Both the position numbers and the translations under genes were made by a program. From contig JBAWWL010000006.1 of the NCBI GenBank assembly GCA_037146775.1, positions 15,120 through 79,119 of the forward strand: a stretch of 64,000 nt of DNA, in the 5' to 3' direction. This DNA comes from Candidatus Omnitrophota bacterium (GTDB lineage Bacteria > Omnitrophota > Gorgyraeia > Duberdicusellales > 4484-171). The notes under the pieces were generated by a model. It was not told the origin of the DNA, did not search any database, and was given only the letters and a program-made list of their open reading frames with translations. Below are positions 1-9,219 of this stretch, one piece after another; the first letter of the stretch is position 1, and every line of letters starts with the position of its first letter.

Positions 1-117
1 AAAGCGTTACCTCGCTAATACCTGATTTTCCGGCAATCAAATTTTTCCAGAATTCGTCTTTGCCGATACCTATCGAAGAAACAATACCTAAACCGGTTAC
101 CACCACTCTTTTACTCA
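1..117 (-). CDS. fabF: 3-oxoacyl-ACP synthase II, N-terminal fragment (the gene continues beyond the window start)
   Basis: The reverse complement of 1-117 translates to MSKRVVVTGLGIVSSIGIGKDEFWKNLIAGKSGISEV, a typical KAS II N-terminus; an ATG is at 115-117. Confidence 0.6.
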
Positions 118-137
118 TACGATCACTACCTTACAAA

Positions 138-581
138 TCACAACTTCACTCCAAACACAATCCTTCCCTCCGCCACGACTTCGTCCTTTACCAAGGCTAC
201 TGCTCGCACAATACCGGCGTTTCCAATAATTTTATCTTCATGCACTTGGAGTATCAGCTGGTCACCAACCATAACCGGCTTCAAAAACTTCACTTCTACT
301 TTACCTAAAAAATACGTAGGTTTCTTTGCGGCAATTTCCGGCTTCAAGGCAGCAAAACCTATAATACTGGCCTGAGCCATAGCTTCAATAATAATCACGC
401 CGGGAAGAATAGGCTTATCGGGAAAATGGCCGACAAAAAAGTAATCGTTAATGGTAACGTTTTTAAGGCAGGTAATCTTTTTCTCTTGCGGATTTATATC
501 CAAAACTTTATCGATGAAAAGGAATGGATATTTTTGCGGTAAAACTTCTTGAATTTTCTGAATATCCCAGATGCCCTCCAT
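138..581 (-). CDS. fabZ: 3-hydroxyacyl-ACP dehydratase FabZ
   Basis: 147 aa with a hot-dog fold and the HFPDKPILPGVIIIEAMAQ active-site region; located between fabG and fabF. Confidence 0.85.
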   Translation of the reverse strand: MEGIWDIQKIQEVLPQKYPFLFIDKVLDINPQEKKITCLKNVTINDYFFVGHFPDKPILPGVIIIEAMAQASIIGFAALKPEIAAKKPTYFLGKVEVKFLKPVMVGDQLILQVHEDKIIGNAGIVRAVALVKDEVVAEGRIVFGVKL

Positions 582-679
582 ATTATTTGTTTAAAAGTTT
601 TTCTGCCATATTGATATTGTTAAAACACCATGCTATTAATGATACTGATAAATTGTTTATTCTTTATCTAAATGCGCAC

Positions 680-1426
680 CTATATCGCCAAACCTCCGTC
701 AATCTTTATAGTTTCTCCGGTAATATAGCTTGCCTGATCCGAAGCAAGAAACACGCACAAGTACGCCACTTCATTCGCTTCGCCCAAACGTTTCTGTGGT
801 ATACTGTTTATAATTTCTTTTTTAAAATCATCCCGCAAACCGCTCACCATATCCGTGTTGATAAAACCCGGACACACCACATTTACCCTCACGCCATACG
901 CAGCCACCTCTTTCGCCAAAGCCTTGGAAAATCCGATAATTCCTGCCTTAGAGGCGCTATAATTAGTCTGGCGCGGTAAACCGGTAATACCACTCACTGA
1001 ACTCATGTTTACGATGCATCCTTTTTTTTGTTTCAAAAAAGTAGTTATAGCCGCTCGGGTCATATTAAAAGTTCCGCCTAAATTGGTATCTACAACTTCT
1101 TTCCAGTCATCCATAGTCATCATCATCAACGCCTTATCTTTAGTTATGCCGGCATTATTCACTAAAATATCCAGATGAGAGAACTGGGCTAAAGCCTTCT
1201 CTACCACCTGGCGGCACTGATTGTAATCTTTAATGTCTGTTTTAATACCGCTACCGCTGGTACCCAACGCCTTAATTTCTTCCTCTAATTTTTTTGCTTC
1301 GGCTTCGCTCTTGTTGTAAGTAAAGACAATCTGCGCTCCGGCCTTAGCAAATTCCAAGCAGCACGCACGCCCGATTCCTCGCGCACCGCCGGTAATGATT
1401 GCGATTTTACCTTTTAAATCAGCCAT
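680..1426 (-). CDS. fabG: 3-oxoacyl-ACP reductase FabG (SDR family)
   Basis: 248 aa; TGGARGIGR Rossmann motif, NNAG and YxxxK SDR motifs; stop codon is TAG. Confidence 0.85.
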   Translation of the reverse strand: MADLKGKIAIITGGARGIGRACCLEFAKAGAQIVFTYNKSEAEAKKLEEEIKALGTSGSGIKTDIKDYNQCRQVVEKALAQFSHLDILVNNAGITKDKALMMMTMDDWKEVVDTNLGGTFNMTRAAITTFLKQKKGCIVNMSSVSGITGLPRQTNYSASKAGIIGFSKALAKEVAAYGVRVNVVCPGFINTDMVSGLRDDFKKEIINSIPQKRLGEANEVAYLCVFLASDQASYITGETIKIDGGLAI

Positions 1427-1494
1427 AGCTTATAATAACATAATTTATCTAGGTTACAATACTACTTCTGGCCAAAACCTGCCAAACCGCTCGC

Positions 1495-2736
1495 TTAGTT
1501 TTTATCAATGTATTTTTCCAATACGCACGCGCTGTTGTAACCACCCGGGCCGAAAGAAACCACCAATGCCAGCTTAACATCTTTCTTTTGTGCCTTATTG
1601 GGCACACAATCGATATCGCACTCCGGATCTTTTTCGCCCTGATGTATGGTCGGCGGAACAATTCCATGCTCGAATGCCCCGATGCAGGAAGCAATCTGCA
1701 GGGCTCCTGACGCTGAGAGAGTTTCTGCGGTCATTGATTTTATAGCACTTACCGGAATAGCCTCTAAGGCTTTGCCGAAAATACGCTTTAAAACCTTCAC
1801 CTCGATTTTGTCTAAATCCAGGGATGAATTCGCGCAGCTGGAAATATAATCGATATCTTTCAATCCTACCCCGGCCTCATCCAGCGCTGCCCGGATTGAC
1901 TTCTCGATACCTTCCCCTTGAGAATGTATTCTTCCAATCTTGACACCGTCGAAGCAACTTGCGACGCTACGCACCCTTGCAAAAATAGAAGCTCCTCTTG
2001 AATATGCGGTTTCCCGGTTTTCCAGACAAAACATACCGGCAGCCTCTCCCAAAATCGGCCCATTTCTGCGTTTATCGAAAGGACAGCTTAAGGCTGCGCC
2101 CTTAATCCCAGCCATATATCCCACTTTATGAAAACCAAAGAATAAGCTAAGATCAAGGGCCTCTACCGCTCCGACAAGCGCTATCTTGGCTTTGCCGGTA
2201 GACAAAACCGTAAGAGCGTACCGTAAGGCTTCCAATCCTGCGGTATATCCGGTAGCAAGAGAAACATTAAATCCCTGAATATTAAAACGGATAGAAACCT
2301 GAGATGACGCAGCGTTAAGAACGGTTGAAGGAAAAAGCGCCGGATTAGAAAACTCAAGGCCATCCTTGATCACTTCCCTGTCAAACTTGATCATCGCCCA
2401 AAGGTGAGGAAAAGTCGTACCAGTACTCACGCCAATATCGTCGGTATTTGCTTCGGTAATCTCTAATTTTGCTTCGTCCAATACCTGCTTGGCAGCGCAC
2501 ATCAAGAAAAGCCCGCTTCTATCTATGTTGCGTAAACCTTTTGGCCCAAGATATATTTTTGGATCAAAATTTTTGAGTTCCGCAGCCACGTTGACCGAGA
2601 ACTTTTCGGTAGGAAAAGATTCGATTTTTGAGACAGAGCTCACACCTTCTTCTATGCTTTTCCAGAAAAGCTCTTTACCTATACCATTAGGGCTCACCAC
2701 CCCGATACCAGTGATAAAGAATTCTTTATTTTGCAT
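1495..2736 (-). CDS. Ketosynthase (FabF/FabB)-like protein lacking the Cys-His-His catalytic triad
   Basis: Thiolase-fold KAS homologue. The active-site region reads SLATGYTAG where TACTSG is expected (no Cys), and the His motifs read SSCANSS and KSMTAETL (no His). Start is probably the MQNKEFFITGIG methionine; the maximal ORF runs to 2799. Confidence 0.7.
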   Translation of the reverse strand: MQNKEFFITGIGVVSPNGIGKELFWKSIEEGVSSVSKIESFPTEKFSVNVAAELKNFDPKIYLGPKGLRNIDRSGLFLMCAAKQVLDEAKLEITEANTDDIGVSTGTTFPHLWAMIKFDREVIKDGLEFSNPALFPSTVLNAASSQVSIRFNIQGFNVSLATGYTAGLEALRYALTVLSTGKAKIALVGAVEALDLSLFFGFHKVGYMAGIKGAALSCPFDKRRNGPILGEAAGMFCLENRETAYSRGASIFARVRSVASCFDGVKIGRIHSQGEGIEKSIRAALDEAGVGLKDIDYISSCANSSLDLDKIEVKVLKRIFGKALEAIPVSAIKSMTAETLSASGALQIASCIGAFEHGIVPPTIHQGEKDPECDIDCVPNKAQKKDVKLALVVSFGPGGYNSACVLEKYIDKN

Positions 2737-2932
2737 CTTTATTATTGTAACTGAAATATTAATTTTGTAAACCCCATCATTGCATCGGGTTGGGCACATA
2801 TAAAGAAGGAACTGTCGCCTTTTAAACTCCGGAAACCGCTACCAGGCAAATAAACATTATGAAAACGCTTTCAGGATACACCCTCTATACCCTTGCAGCA
2901 CTGTAAAGAAAAATGTTATCTTTTCAATGAGG

Positions 2933-2993
2933 GCTCTCTTCGGAGAGCTAAAGCCACGGACCCTCTCCCTATCAAGGGGGAGGGGTTTTTTTT
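2933..2993 (+). terminator. Orphan intrinsic terminator or small-RNA 3' end
   Basis: Hairpin GCUCUC-UUCG-GAGAGC at 2933-2948 with a UUCG tetraloop, then a 9-bp stem CCCTCTCCC / GGGGGAGGG with loop TATCAA at 2961-2984, then T8 at 2986-2993. No plus-strand gene lies upstream. Confidence 0.5.
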
Positions 2994-3202
2994 ATAGAAA
3001 ACTAAGCCTGATAAGGGTTTATGGCAGGCCGAAACTGTACGGCATTGGAACCGCAATTATCGCTTTTCTAAAGGCAAACAGAATCAGGACATATTACCCA
3101 AAGACATAGGATACGGGAGGATTAATAAACCGCTACTAAACCGGTATTTTAAAGGACCGGAATATCGCATATAGCTGCCAGGGAAATAAAACAAAAAATG
3201 CT

Positions 3203-4975
3203 TTAAACTTGAAATAACTTACGCAGATGTTCGGCTTTCAACTCTCTTAAAGCCTGACGAATCAATTTTTTGTTGGAGGGATTTTTGTATTGAATAAGCG
3301 CGCGCTGCATTTGTCTTTCCCGAAACGTTTTTGCCGTATACACTAGCTGCCCGGTAAAAGGATCCTTGCCGGTATAATACATACAGCCGGCAAGAGTCAT
3401 CGGCAAAGGAATAAAATCCTGGATTTGTTCAGGATAAATATGGCGCCGTATAAGATAAAGACCAAGCTTAAGCGCATCCTCTAAGCGCGCGCCCGGATGT
3501 GCGACAATGAAGTATCTTACCAAATAAAGCTCTTTTTTGACTTTAGCGTTCATTTTACCGAAAGCAGCGGCAAACCGTTCGTACGAGCCGCTATCGGATT
3601 TATTCATTACCTTTAGCACACTGTCCACCGCATGTTCCGGGGCAACCTTCATTTGACCACTGATATGAAACCTACACAGCTCTTCGAGATAGTTTTCGGC
3701 AGACTGGTCGGCCAGCAAATCATAACGGAAACCGCTGCCGACAAAAAGATGTTTTACTTTTGGAATTTGACGAATCATTCTGTAAAGAGCTGTGGTTTGC
3801 TGATAGCCAAGATTAAGATCTTTGCATTTTGTGGGCAAGAGACAATTCTTATTTTCGCAAAAACCTCGTTTTCCCCATACATTACAGCTTGCCCGGTACA
3901 GATTGGCGGTAGGACCGCCGATATCGCTGATAGTGCCCTTAAAGTCGCTTTGCTCGGCAAGTATTCTTGCTTCCTTCACAATCGAAGCGGGACTTCTGCT
4001 TTGTACGATCCTGCCCTGATGGAAATAAAGCGAGCAAAAGCTGCATTCGCCGCAACAGCCGCGGTGAGAAATAATCGAAAATTTAACCGTTTCAAACCCC
4101 TTCAAACCGCCGGCCGCAGCATAAACCGGATGACACTTACGGCTGTACGGCAATTCATAAATTTTATCCAGCTGTTCTGCCTCAAGCGGCAGCGCCGGTG
4201 GCTGCTGGATAACAAATCTGTCAGCGTGGCGCTGCGCAACTTTCTTTGCCGCAAAAGGATTCATCTCCCGATAGATCATCTTAAATGCTTGATTGAATTT
4301 TTCTTTGTCGGCCTTGATGTCTTCAAAGGAAGGAATTTCCACACAATCGGATAGTTTTTCAACCTCTTTTCCGATAGTAACCGTTCCCCGGATCGAGGCC
4401 ATAGCAATATCCCGGCCTCCCTCAAGATATCGAGCAATTTCCACCACCTGCGTCTCTGCCATGCCATAAGCAAGAATATCCGCTTTGGCGTCAACCAAAA
4501 GAGAACGCCTGATACAATCATCCCAATAATCATAATGAGCGAGCCGACGCAAACTCGCCTCGATACCGCCCAAAACTATCGTAATGTCACCAAAAGCTTC
4601 TCTGACTCTGTTAGCGTACACAAGTATTGCCCGGTCAGGCCGCAATCCGGCTCTGCCACCGGGAGAATAATCATCGCCATGCCGTAATTTTTTGTTGGCA
4701 GTATAGTTGGCAACCATAGAATCGGTATTACCGGAAGTGATACCGAAGAATAAACGCGGCCGGCCTAAACGCGCAAAATCATCCTTACTGCGCCAGTTAG
4801 GCTGGCTGATAATTCCCACCTTATACCCTTCCCTCTCCAAGACACGGCTGATGACCGCAGTACCGTAAGAAGGGTGATCAACGTACGCGTCGCCGGTGAT
4901 CAGAATGATATCCAGTTCTTTCCATCCTCTTTTCTTTATGTCTTGGGCCGAGATAGGTAAAAAATTATCGCGCAT
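3203..4975 (-). CDS. ygiQ: YgiQ-family radical SAM protein (UPF0313)
   Basis: 590 aa; radical-SAM cysteine cluster HRGCCGECSFCS; conserved YgiQ N-terminal domain (ITGDAYVDHPSYG). Confidence 0.8.
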   Translation of the reverse strand: MRDNFLPISAQDIKKRGWKELDIILITGDAYVDHPSYGTAVISRVLEREGYKVGIISQPNWRSKDDFARLGRPRLFFGITSGNTDSMVANYTANKKLRHGDDYSPGGRAGLRPDRAILVYANRVREAFGDITIVLGGIEASLRRLAHYDYWDDCIRRSLLVDAKADILAYGMAETQVVEIARYLEGGRDIAMASIRGTVTIGKEVEKLSDCVEIPSFEDIKADKEKFNQAFKMIYREMNPFAAKKVAQRHADRFVIQQPPALPLEAEQLDKIYELPYSRKCHPVYAAAGGLKGFETVKFSIISHRGCCGECSFCSLYFHQGRIVQSRSPASIVKEARILAEQSDFKGTISDIGGPTANLYRASCNVWGKRGFCENKNCLLPTKCKDLNLGYQQTTALYRMIRQIPKVKHLFVGSGFRYDLLADQSAENYLEELCRFHISGQMKVAPEHAVDSVLKVMNKSDSGSYERFAAAFGKMNAKVKKELYLVRYFIVAHPGARLEDALKLGLYLIRRHIYPEQIQDFIPLPMTLAGCMYYTGKDPFTGQLVYTAKTFRERQMQRALIQYKNPSNKKLIRQALRELKAEHLRKLFQV

Positions 4976-5001
4976 ATTTAAGAATATTACGGATGAGAAA
5001 C

Positions 5002-5700
5002 TTATTTCTTGAAAGGCGAGTTGACCATATGTATTTTTATAGCCTTAACGGAAAATATCCAACATAGGACAAAAACAAGTAACATCGCACACACCCCAAA
5101 GATTAATCCACTGAAAGCGAAAAAATTGAAAAACCCGTGAGCAAATATCGCTAGCCCCAGGCCAGCATAGATATACCGTCGTTCGTGTTCTTTGCTATCC
5201 GTGAATTTTGCCAAACCCAGGTAATAACCCATAATGACTCCACAAAACGCGTGTAAAGGAACTGATATAAGCGCACGGAAAACTCCGACATTTAACACAC
5301 CAAATAATCCAAAGCGGCCGTAACTGGACAAGAGGTACAGTATATTTTCCAGAGTTGCAAAACCGAGCGAAATCATGACTGCATAGACAATGCCATCGTA
5401 AGGTTCGTTAAATTCATTGCTTCGATATACCAGCGCACGAAAAACCATGAACTTAAGCCCCTCTTCCACTAATGCCGCCACCACAAAAGCCTGCAAGAAA
5501 ATACGTACCACAAATTCATTAATAGCTGCCACAAAGCTCAGCAACGCTACCTCTACCACCATCGCCACAAAAGTTATCATGAATCCGTAAAAAAACGATA
5601 GCGCCAGGAACCGTAGCGGTTCTCTCTCATACTTATCTTTATGGTAGAAATACAACAGTAAGGCAATGACAGGAGCTATGGCCATCAATGCTATGATCAT
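5002..5700 (-). CDS. PrsW-family intramembrane metalloprotease
   Basis: Polytopic membrane protein carrying the EExxK motif (VEEGLKF) and the FxxxH motifs (HAFCG, FAHGFFNF). Confidence 0.65.
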   Translation of the reverse strand: MIIALMAIAPVIALLLYFYHKDKYEREPLRFLALSFFYGFMITFVAMVVEVALLSFVAAINEFVVRIFLQAFVVAALVEEGLKFMVFRALVYRSNEFNEPYDGIVYAVMISLGFATLENILYLLSSYGRFGLFGVLNVGVFRALISVPLHAFCGVIMGYYLGLAKFTDSKEHERRYIYAGLGLAIFAHGFFNFFAFSGLIFGVCAMLLVFVLCWIFSVKAIKIHMVNSPFKK

Positions 5701-5799
5701 ATTACCCTCCGAAAAGCAAATTTTAACATACGCGTATGCTTACGCAATGTTTCTTTTGATTGAATGTTCTCGACCGTCACGAATATGCTATAATAATAA

Positions 5800-7083
5800 T
5801 TGCCTATGCAAGCAACCATTAAAAAAATCGTCTATCCCGGGAAGAGTCTCTGCGTGTCCGGAGGAAAAGTAATTTTTACCGACGAAGGCCTCCCCAACGA
5901 ACTGGTGAAGCTGGATATACGCAGTCAGAAATCAAATTATACAAGAGCCCAAACATGCCAAGTTTTAAAAGCTTCTCCGTGGCGCGCACACACACGCTGC
6001 GACCATTATAAAGTGTGTTCTCCCTACCAATACATCAACTACCCATTCCAGCTGCACATAAAACAAGAACAGCTCGCAGAAATTTTTCTGCGCACACTTA
6101 AAATAAAAAACGAAAACATAGAGATAAAAGCGTCTCCACGAATATGGGGGTATAGAAATAAGGTACATTTGCATGTGCGTTGGCAGAAAAAAACCGCAAG
6201 TCTCGCCTACCATCTGCCGGAAATAAATGACCGGTTCATACACATAACCTGCTGTTTTCTGATATCCGAAGAAATGAACCGGCTGGCACAAGCAATACTC
6301 GCAATAATATCGCGCCACGAAGAAAGCGCGATACAAGAAATTGGGATAAAAGAAAGCTCGTCAAAAAAAGAGTTACTTCTTGTCCTCTATGCGGATTCGT
6401 CTCGTTTAACGCAAAAATTTTTGGATAGCGTAATCGAGCTGCCCAAAACTTTTTCCATAGAGGGCATCATAGGTATTACCGGCGGAAACAAAGCAAGAAA
6501 AGAAAATTTGATTTGGGGAAAAAGTTATATCGAAGAAAAAATTGAAGGATACATGTTCCGTATCGGTGCGCAATCATTTTTCCAGGTCAACACCGCAATG
6601 CTTACCACCATGTGTAACGATATAGCTCAAAGTACACATTTTAACGCGGGAGAAACTATTGCCGATCTTTACTGTGGGGTAGGAACTTTTGGTATTCTTC
6701 TTGCAAAAAAAGTATGCCGGGTAATCGGCATAGAGGCTAGCCGGGAAAATACGCTCCTCTTAGAGCAAAACTTAAAAATAAACCATATCGAAAATTTTAC
6801 CGTTTACAATGAATACAGTGAAACATGGTTCAGAAAACGGGTAAAAGAACCTGCGGATACGCTGATCATAGACCCTCCGCGCAAAGGCATCGGAAAAGAA
6901 ATCTGCGAACACCTGCTTAAATATTCCTGTCAGCGTATTATATATATCTCTTGCGACCCTGCCACACTGCTGCGAGATCTAAAAATATTGCTGGCCGGTT
7001 ATAGCCTCGAACGTATAACCGGTTATGATTTTTTTCCGCATACACCGCACATCGAAACCTGCACTTTGCTCGTTAAAAAATAA
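5800..7083 (+). CDS. rlmD: 23S rRNA (uracil-C5)-methyltransferase, RlmD/RumA/TrmA family
   Basis: N-terminal TRAM-like domain; SAM-binding motif DLYCGVGTFG; IIDPPRKG; catalytic Cys region ISCDPATLLRDL. Confidence 0.8.
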   Translation: MPMQATIKKIVYPGKSLCVSGGKVIFTDEGLPNELVKLDIRSQKSNYTRAQTCQVLKASPWRAHTRCDHYKVCSPYQYINYPFQLHIKQEQLAEIFLRTLKIKNENIEIKASPRIWGYRNKVHLHVRWQKKTASLAYHLPEINDRFIHITCCFLISEEMNRLAQAILAIISRHEESAIQEIGIKESSSKKELLLVLYADSSRLTQKFLDSVIELPKTFSIEGIIGITGGNKARKENLIWGKSYIEEKIEGYMFRIGAQSFFQVNTAMLTTMCNDIAQSTHFNAGETIADLYCGVGTFGILLAKKVCRVIGIEASRENTLLLEQNLKINHIENFTVYNEYSETWFRKRVKEPADTLIIDPPRKGIGKEICEHLLKYSCQRIIYISCDPATLLRDLKILLAGYSLERITGYDFFPHTPHIETCTLLVKK

Positions 7084-7127
7084 AATACCACAGCCCAAAC
7101 AAAAAACCAATAACCCGGCAATCGGGA

Positions 7128-8348
7128 TCAAAGATGTTTTAAAAAGGCAGTAACGGCAGTAATATCGGAAGTTTTAAGAAAAGTGCTGGTAGATAAAGTC
7201 AGATGCCCTTCGGCAATAAAACGGCCATTAGGAGAATCACCGGAAGGAATAAAATCTTTCAGATAATCGTAATCACCAATCGAGAAAGCATAGAGCTGCG
7301 ATACGCCCAACCCGCGATTTTCAAGCGCTGTATACGCCCGGTTTCTTAACTCAGGGTCATCGAACAGAAGCACAAGAAAGGGGTATGTCGCCCTATCACC
7401 CGCTGATTCCTGGATAATTCTAATACCGTTTACACCGACCAACTCATTAAAGTAGCATTGTGCCTTTAGCCTTTGCGCCTCTATCTCTGTCTCTAAGCGT
7501 TCAAAGCAAATATGGGCTATCCGTTTTCTAAAACCGGAAACACGATGGGTGGGAAAATTTACTTCATACTCCTCACGAAGCCCTCGTAAACGATTTCCCC
7601 GTAGATTCCAAAAAAGTTCAGGAAGCCGAAAAACAAACCAGAACAAGAACGGCCGATAAAACATTGCGTAGCCGAGTAATTCAGAAATTTTCAGGCTTTC
7701 GGATAAAAAATCATTTTTTACCAAGCTTCGGCACGTATGCTCAATATTGTCGGCATAAATATTATTATTGGCGACGACAACTCCCCCCTCATAAGTCGTC
7801 AGCCCCTTGCCGCGGCAGAGGCTAAAAAAAGAAAAATCACTGAAGCTGCCGATTTTTTTTCCCCGAAAACTTGCGCCCAGCGACTGAGCGCAATCTTCGA
7901 CGACAAAAAGCTTATAGGTATGCGCGATATTCTCGATTATTTCAAGATTTACCGCGATACCCGCCAGATGAACCGCAATAATAGCCAGGATATCATTGGA
8001 TTGGGCACAAAGATTATCTAAGGCGGTAGGATTAAAATTGAAATCATATTGGTTGATATCACACACCGCAACCTTAAGTCCTGCTCGCTGTATCGCCAAA
8101 GGAACAAGCGGACAGACATAGGAAGGTATAATAACTGTTTTTTTAGATGAGAGCCTTTTCAGGGACTCTAAAATAAAGTATAGGGCAGCAGTTCCCGAAT
8201 AAGTTACCTTCGCATGATTTGCTTTCAGATAATGCTCAAAATCTGCCTCCAAAGAACCTCGATAGCTTCGGGGATCACATAGAGCGAGCACCTCTCTTAG
8301 AGCGATGGGAAAACCGGCAGTAGGAGGAATTTCTCTAAATATGGCCAT
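7128..8348 (-). CDS. DegT/DnrJ/EryC1/StrS (ArnB-like) PLP-dependent sugar aminotransferase
   Basis: 406 aa with DegT-family architecture; the PLP-lysine region reads SLCRGKGLTTYEGG. Confidence 0.8.
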   Translation of the reverse strand: MAIFREIPPTAGFPIALREVLALCDPRSYRGSLEADFEHYLKANHAKVTYSGTAALYFILESLKRLSSKKTVIIPSYVCPLVPLAIQRAGLKVAVCDINQYDFNFNPTALDNLCAQSNDILAIIAVHLAGIAVNLEIIENIAHTYKLFVVEDCAQSLGASFRGKKIGSFSDFSFFSLCRGKGLTTYEGGVVVANNNIYADNIEHTCRSLVKNDFLSESLKISELLGYAMFYRPFLFWFVFRLPELFWNLRGNRLRGLREEYEVNFPTHRVSGFRKRIAHICFERLETEIEAQRLKAQCYFNELVGVNGIRIIQESAGDRATYPFLVLLFDDPELRNRAYTALENRGLGVSQLYAFSIGDYDYLKDFIPSGDSPNGRFIAEGHLTLSTSTFLKTSDITAVTAFLKHL

Positions 8349-8420
8349 AAATATTTATTTGTAATTGCTATTGGCTAATTTTATGCTAAAATCAATTTTC
8401 AAGCAAGATATTTTGCTCAT

Positions 8421-8831
8421 ATGTTTAAAAAAAGAATTACTCTTAAAATTCTTCTGTTTCTAATTGCCTCGGATATATTAGAAACCTGCACTCATTATTG
8501 CTTTAAAAAAAGTACTTTACCGGTCAGTGAGATTACCATTAACGGCTTTTCTTCTGCGGTTTCTTTTTTTCGTATTGTAGTTTTTTCTCCTTTTTTATGG
8601 TTAGGATTTCTTTTTGTCGGCTTGACTTTCGTGGTCTGGTCAACGATTCTTTCTAAAATAGATTTAAGCGTCGCGGTCCCGGCAGCCAGTTTCAGCTATA
8701 TATTGGTTCCTCTTGTCTCGATAGTATTCCTACACGAACAGATAGACACACTCAGATGGTGCGGCATCGCGATGATATTGCTGGGTATTATTTTTGCCTC
8801 CATAAGCAGCAAGGAAAAACGAATAGTCTGA
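8421..8831 (+). CDS. Small 4-TM EamA/SMR-like membrane protein, ArnE-like flippase subunit
   Basis: 136 aa, hydrophobic. The C-terminal HEQIDTLRWCGIAMILLGIIF resembles ArnE. It is paired with a second small membrane protein 1 nt downstream. Confidence 0.5.
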   Translation: MFKKRITLKILLFLIASDILETCTHYCFKKSTLPVSEITINGFSSAVSFFRIVVFSPFLWLGFLFVGLTFVVWSTILSKIDLSVAVPAASFSYILVPLVSIVFLHEQIDTLRWCGIAMILLGIIFASISSKEKRIV

Positions 8832-8832
8832 T

Positions 8833-9219
8833 ATGTATTCCAGTATATTTTTTCTTTTAGGGCTCATAGCGCTGGCGGATGTTTTTGACACCACGAGAGA
8901 GCTCTGCCTTAAATCAGCGATAAATTCCTTAGACGGCTATTCCCCCAATACCATCAAGAAGGTGTTACAGTTTGTCTGGACACTTGTTCGTCTACCGAAG
9001 GTATGGATAAGTTTTCTGTGCAGCGTCCTTTCTCTTTTTCTTTATCTCTTCGTCCTATCCAAAGCTGACTTAAGCGTTGCCTTCGCCCTTGACAGCATGC
9101 ATTATATATTTATTGCTTTTGCCGCTAAATGGGTGCTGAAAGAAAAATTCGGCGTTATGCGCTGGATGGGAACAATTTGTGTAGCGATCGGTATAACGCT
9201 GGTAAGCTTCAGCCACTAA
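8833..9219 (+). CDS. Small 4-TM EamA/SMR-like membrane protein, ArnF-like flippase subunit
   Basis: 128 aa hydrophobic protein forming a tandem pair with the preceding ORF; divergent from the DegT gene. Confidence 0.5.
   Translation: MYSSIFFLLGLIALADVFDTTRELCLKSAINSLDGYSPNTIKKVLQFVWTLVRLPKVWISFLCSVLSLFLYLFVLSKADLSVAFALDSMHYIFIAFAAKWVLKEKFGVMRWMGTICVAIGITLVSFSH

Noticed and set aside
3632-4354. 240-aa plus-strand ORF inside ygiQ, and similar long antisense ORFs (524-979, 36554-37252, 33847-34344, 14412-14801)
   Set aside because: Each is fully embedded antisense in a confidently identified gene. None has family resemblance. They are typical shadow ORFs.
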